Shown here: piece after piece, positions 33,265 to 34,333 of the stretch
Layout: each line of letters starts with the position of its first letter
How positions within the stretch are numbered: the first letter of the stretch is position 1
Origin: Neophaeotheca triangularis
Taxonomy: Eukaryota
DNA length: 34,333 bases
Assembly (NCBI GenBank): GCA_054600435.1
Contig: BAAIJX010000107.1
Span: 1-34,333 of the forward strand
Direction: 5' to 3'
Made by a program: the position numbers and the translations under genes
Notes under the pieces: model-generated
Databases searched by the model: none
Told to the model about the DNA's origin: nothing
Seen by the model: the letters and a program-made list of their open reading frames with translations, nothing else

Positions 33265-34074
33265 GGTCGGGCCTGTCCACTCATTACCGTGGCGGTTGCG
33301 TGAGGCTTTTCCGAGCTCCCCGAGCTGCTTGCGTGCCCGCTGCCTGGTGTCGAACGTTGCCGCGAAAAAACTTGCTGGCGCGGCGTCTTGAGAGTTTATT
33401 ACTGTGGTCTGAAGTCATAGAGCTGCACTAGTGCTTCTGCGCCGCGAGCGAATCGCTACGCAACGCAAAGCAACTCGTCGGATAGATTAGACGCTTGAAA
33501 GAGGTTGGTGTGGTTGGTGACTACTACTCCGGGCTGCTTTTGTACTTTTGCATGGCGCGCGGCGTTGGAGGCCCGATGGGCCGGGGGGTGGGTGGTGTTG
33601 GTGGGACGGATGTGTATGTGTATACATGTATATAGAAGGCTTATTGTTAGTGGTTGTGTGTATGTATATATGTACCGACCGTATGTGGTCTGAAAGGGGG
33701 CTTAGGCCTCTGTCATATACTCAACAGGTTGTTATAGTATACAGGTAGGTGTTAGGGGTAGGTGTCACTGTAGGTACTCGCTCGGCTCCAATAACGTCTA
33801 CCTACCTACGTTGATTGATATGTTACCGAGACCGCCCACGCGACTCAACTAACTCTACTCTAAAAGCCGATAGGATCCCCACAACCAACAAACCTCATCC
33901 CCCAAAGGCGCGGGGAAGAGAGTATGCAGTGGTGGGTGGATTCGACGAGATGGGGGGGGGGGGGGAAACTGCCGAAAAGGGCCGACCGGGAAACAAGTCG
34001 GGCTCCTTTATTAATCACGCCAGTCCAATTATCATCATCGCCCGCTCATCATCACCAAACATCATTCATTCATC

Positions 34075-34122
34075 CATTATTCATTATTCATTATTCATTA
34101 TTCATTATTCATTATTCATTAT
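34075..34122. repeat. (CATTATT)~7 heptanucleotide tandem repeat
   Basis: Six exact units plus one partial unit, read directly. Confidence 0.9.
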
Positions 34123-34232
34123 GCATTCCCCGCCACGGTCTACGAACGAACATGACTTCCCGAAGCGGCAAACACTGCGAGAGTTGTCGAAAAAGCGGGA
34201 TCCCGAAATTGGCAGCCCGGGCGTGTTTTTTT

Positions 34233-34307
34233 GGGGGGGGGGGGGGGGGGGGGGTTTGTAAAAAACAAGAAGGGGTGGGGTGTTTTAAAAAAAAAAAAAA
34301 AAAAAAA
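34233..34307. repeat. Terminal homopolymers G22 and A21 (another G14 at 33952-33965)
   Basis: Read directly; low-complexity end of the window. Confidence 0.85.
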
Positions 34308-34333
34308 CACCACAAAAATAAATTTGTGGGAGT

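Noticed and set aside
33950..34333. G-runs as G-quadruplex or telomere-like end
   Set aside because: No TTAGGG array. Homopolymers at both ends of the window look like contig-break, low-quality sequence.

Overview
Eukaryotic, intron-containing DNA from a filamentous ascomycete. Short GT..CTRAC..YAG introns and the gene content suggest a Dothideomycete, which is an inference. Both ends run out in homopolymers, so the window may be a whole contig. I reconstructed 11 well-supported protein genes by hand, in order: an Ndt80-family transcription factor (NdtA/FSD-1 clade) with about 6 kb of gene-poor upstream DNA, a secreted GH105 hydrolase, an F-box-like hypothetical protein (copy A), a long disordered protein ending in an H-C-C-H motif, a conserved type I membrane protein, a membrane-anchored RlpA/loosenin-like DPBB protein, a second F-box-like paralog (copy B), Ufe1/syntaxin-18, a DHA1 MFS transporter, Bro1 and mitochondrial Lon (Pim1). 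I found no tRNA, rRNA, CRISPR array or intact transposon. The most interesting observation is that both F-box-like paralogs carry an N-terminal domain whose motif spacing resembles the Ty1/copia Gag capsid N-terminal region, with no pol or LTR nearby. They are therefore candidate domesticated Gag::F-box-like fusions, possibly anti-retrotransposon factors; this rests on pattern recognition by eye and needs profile or structure searches. There is also a candidate unannotated 68-aa small ORF inside the gene-poor region.
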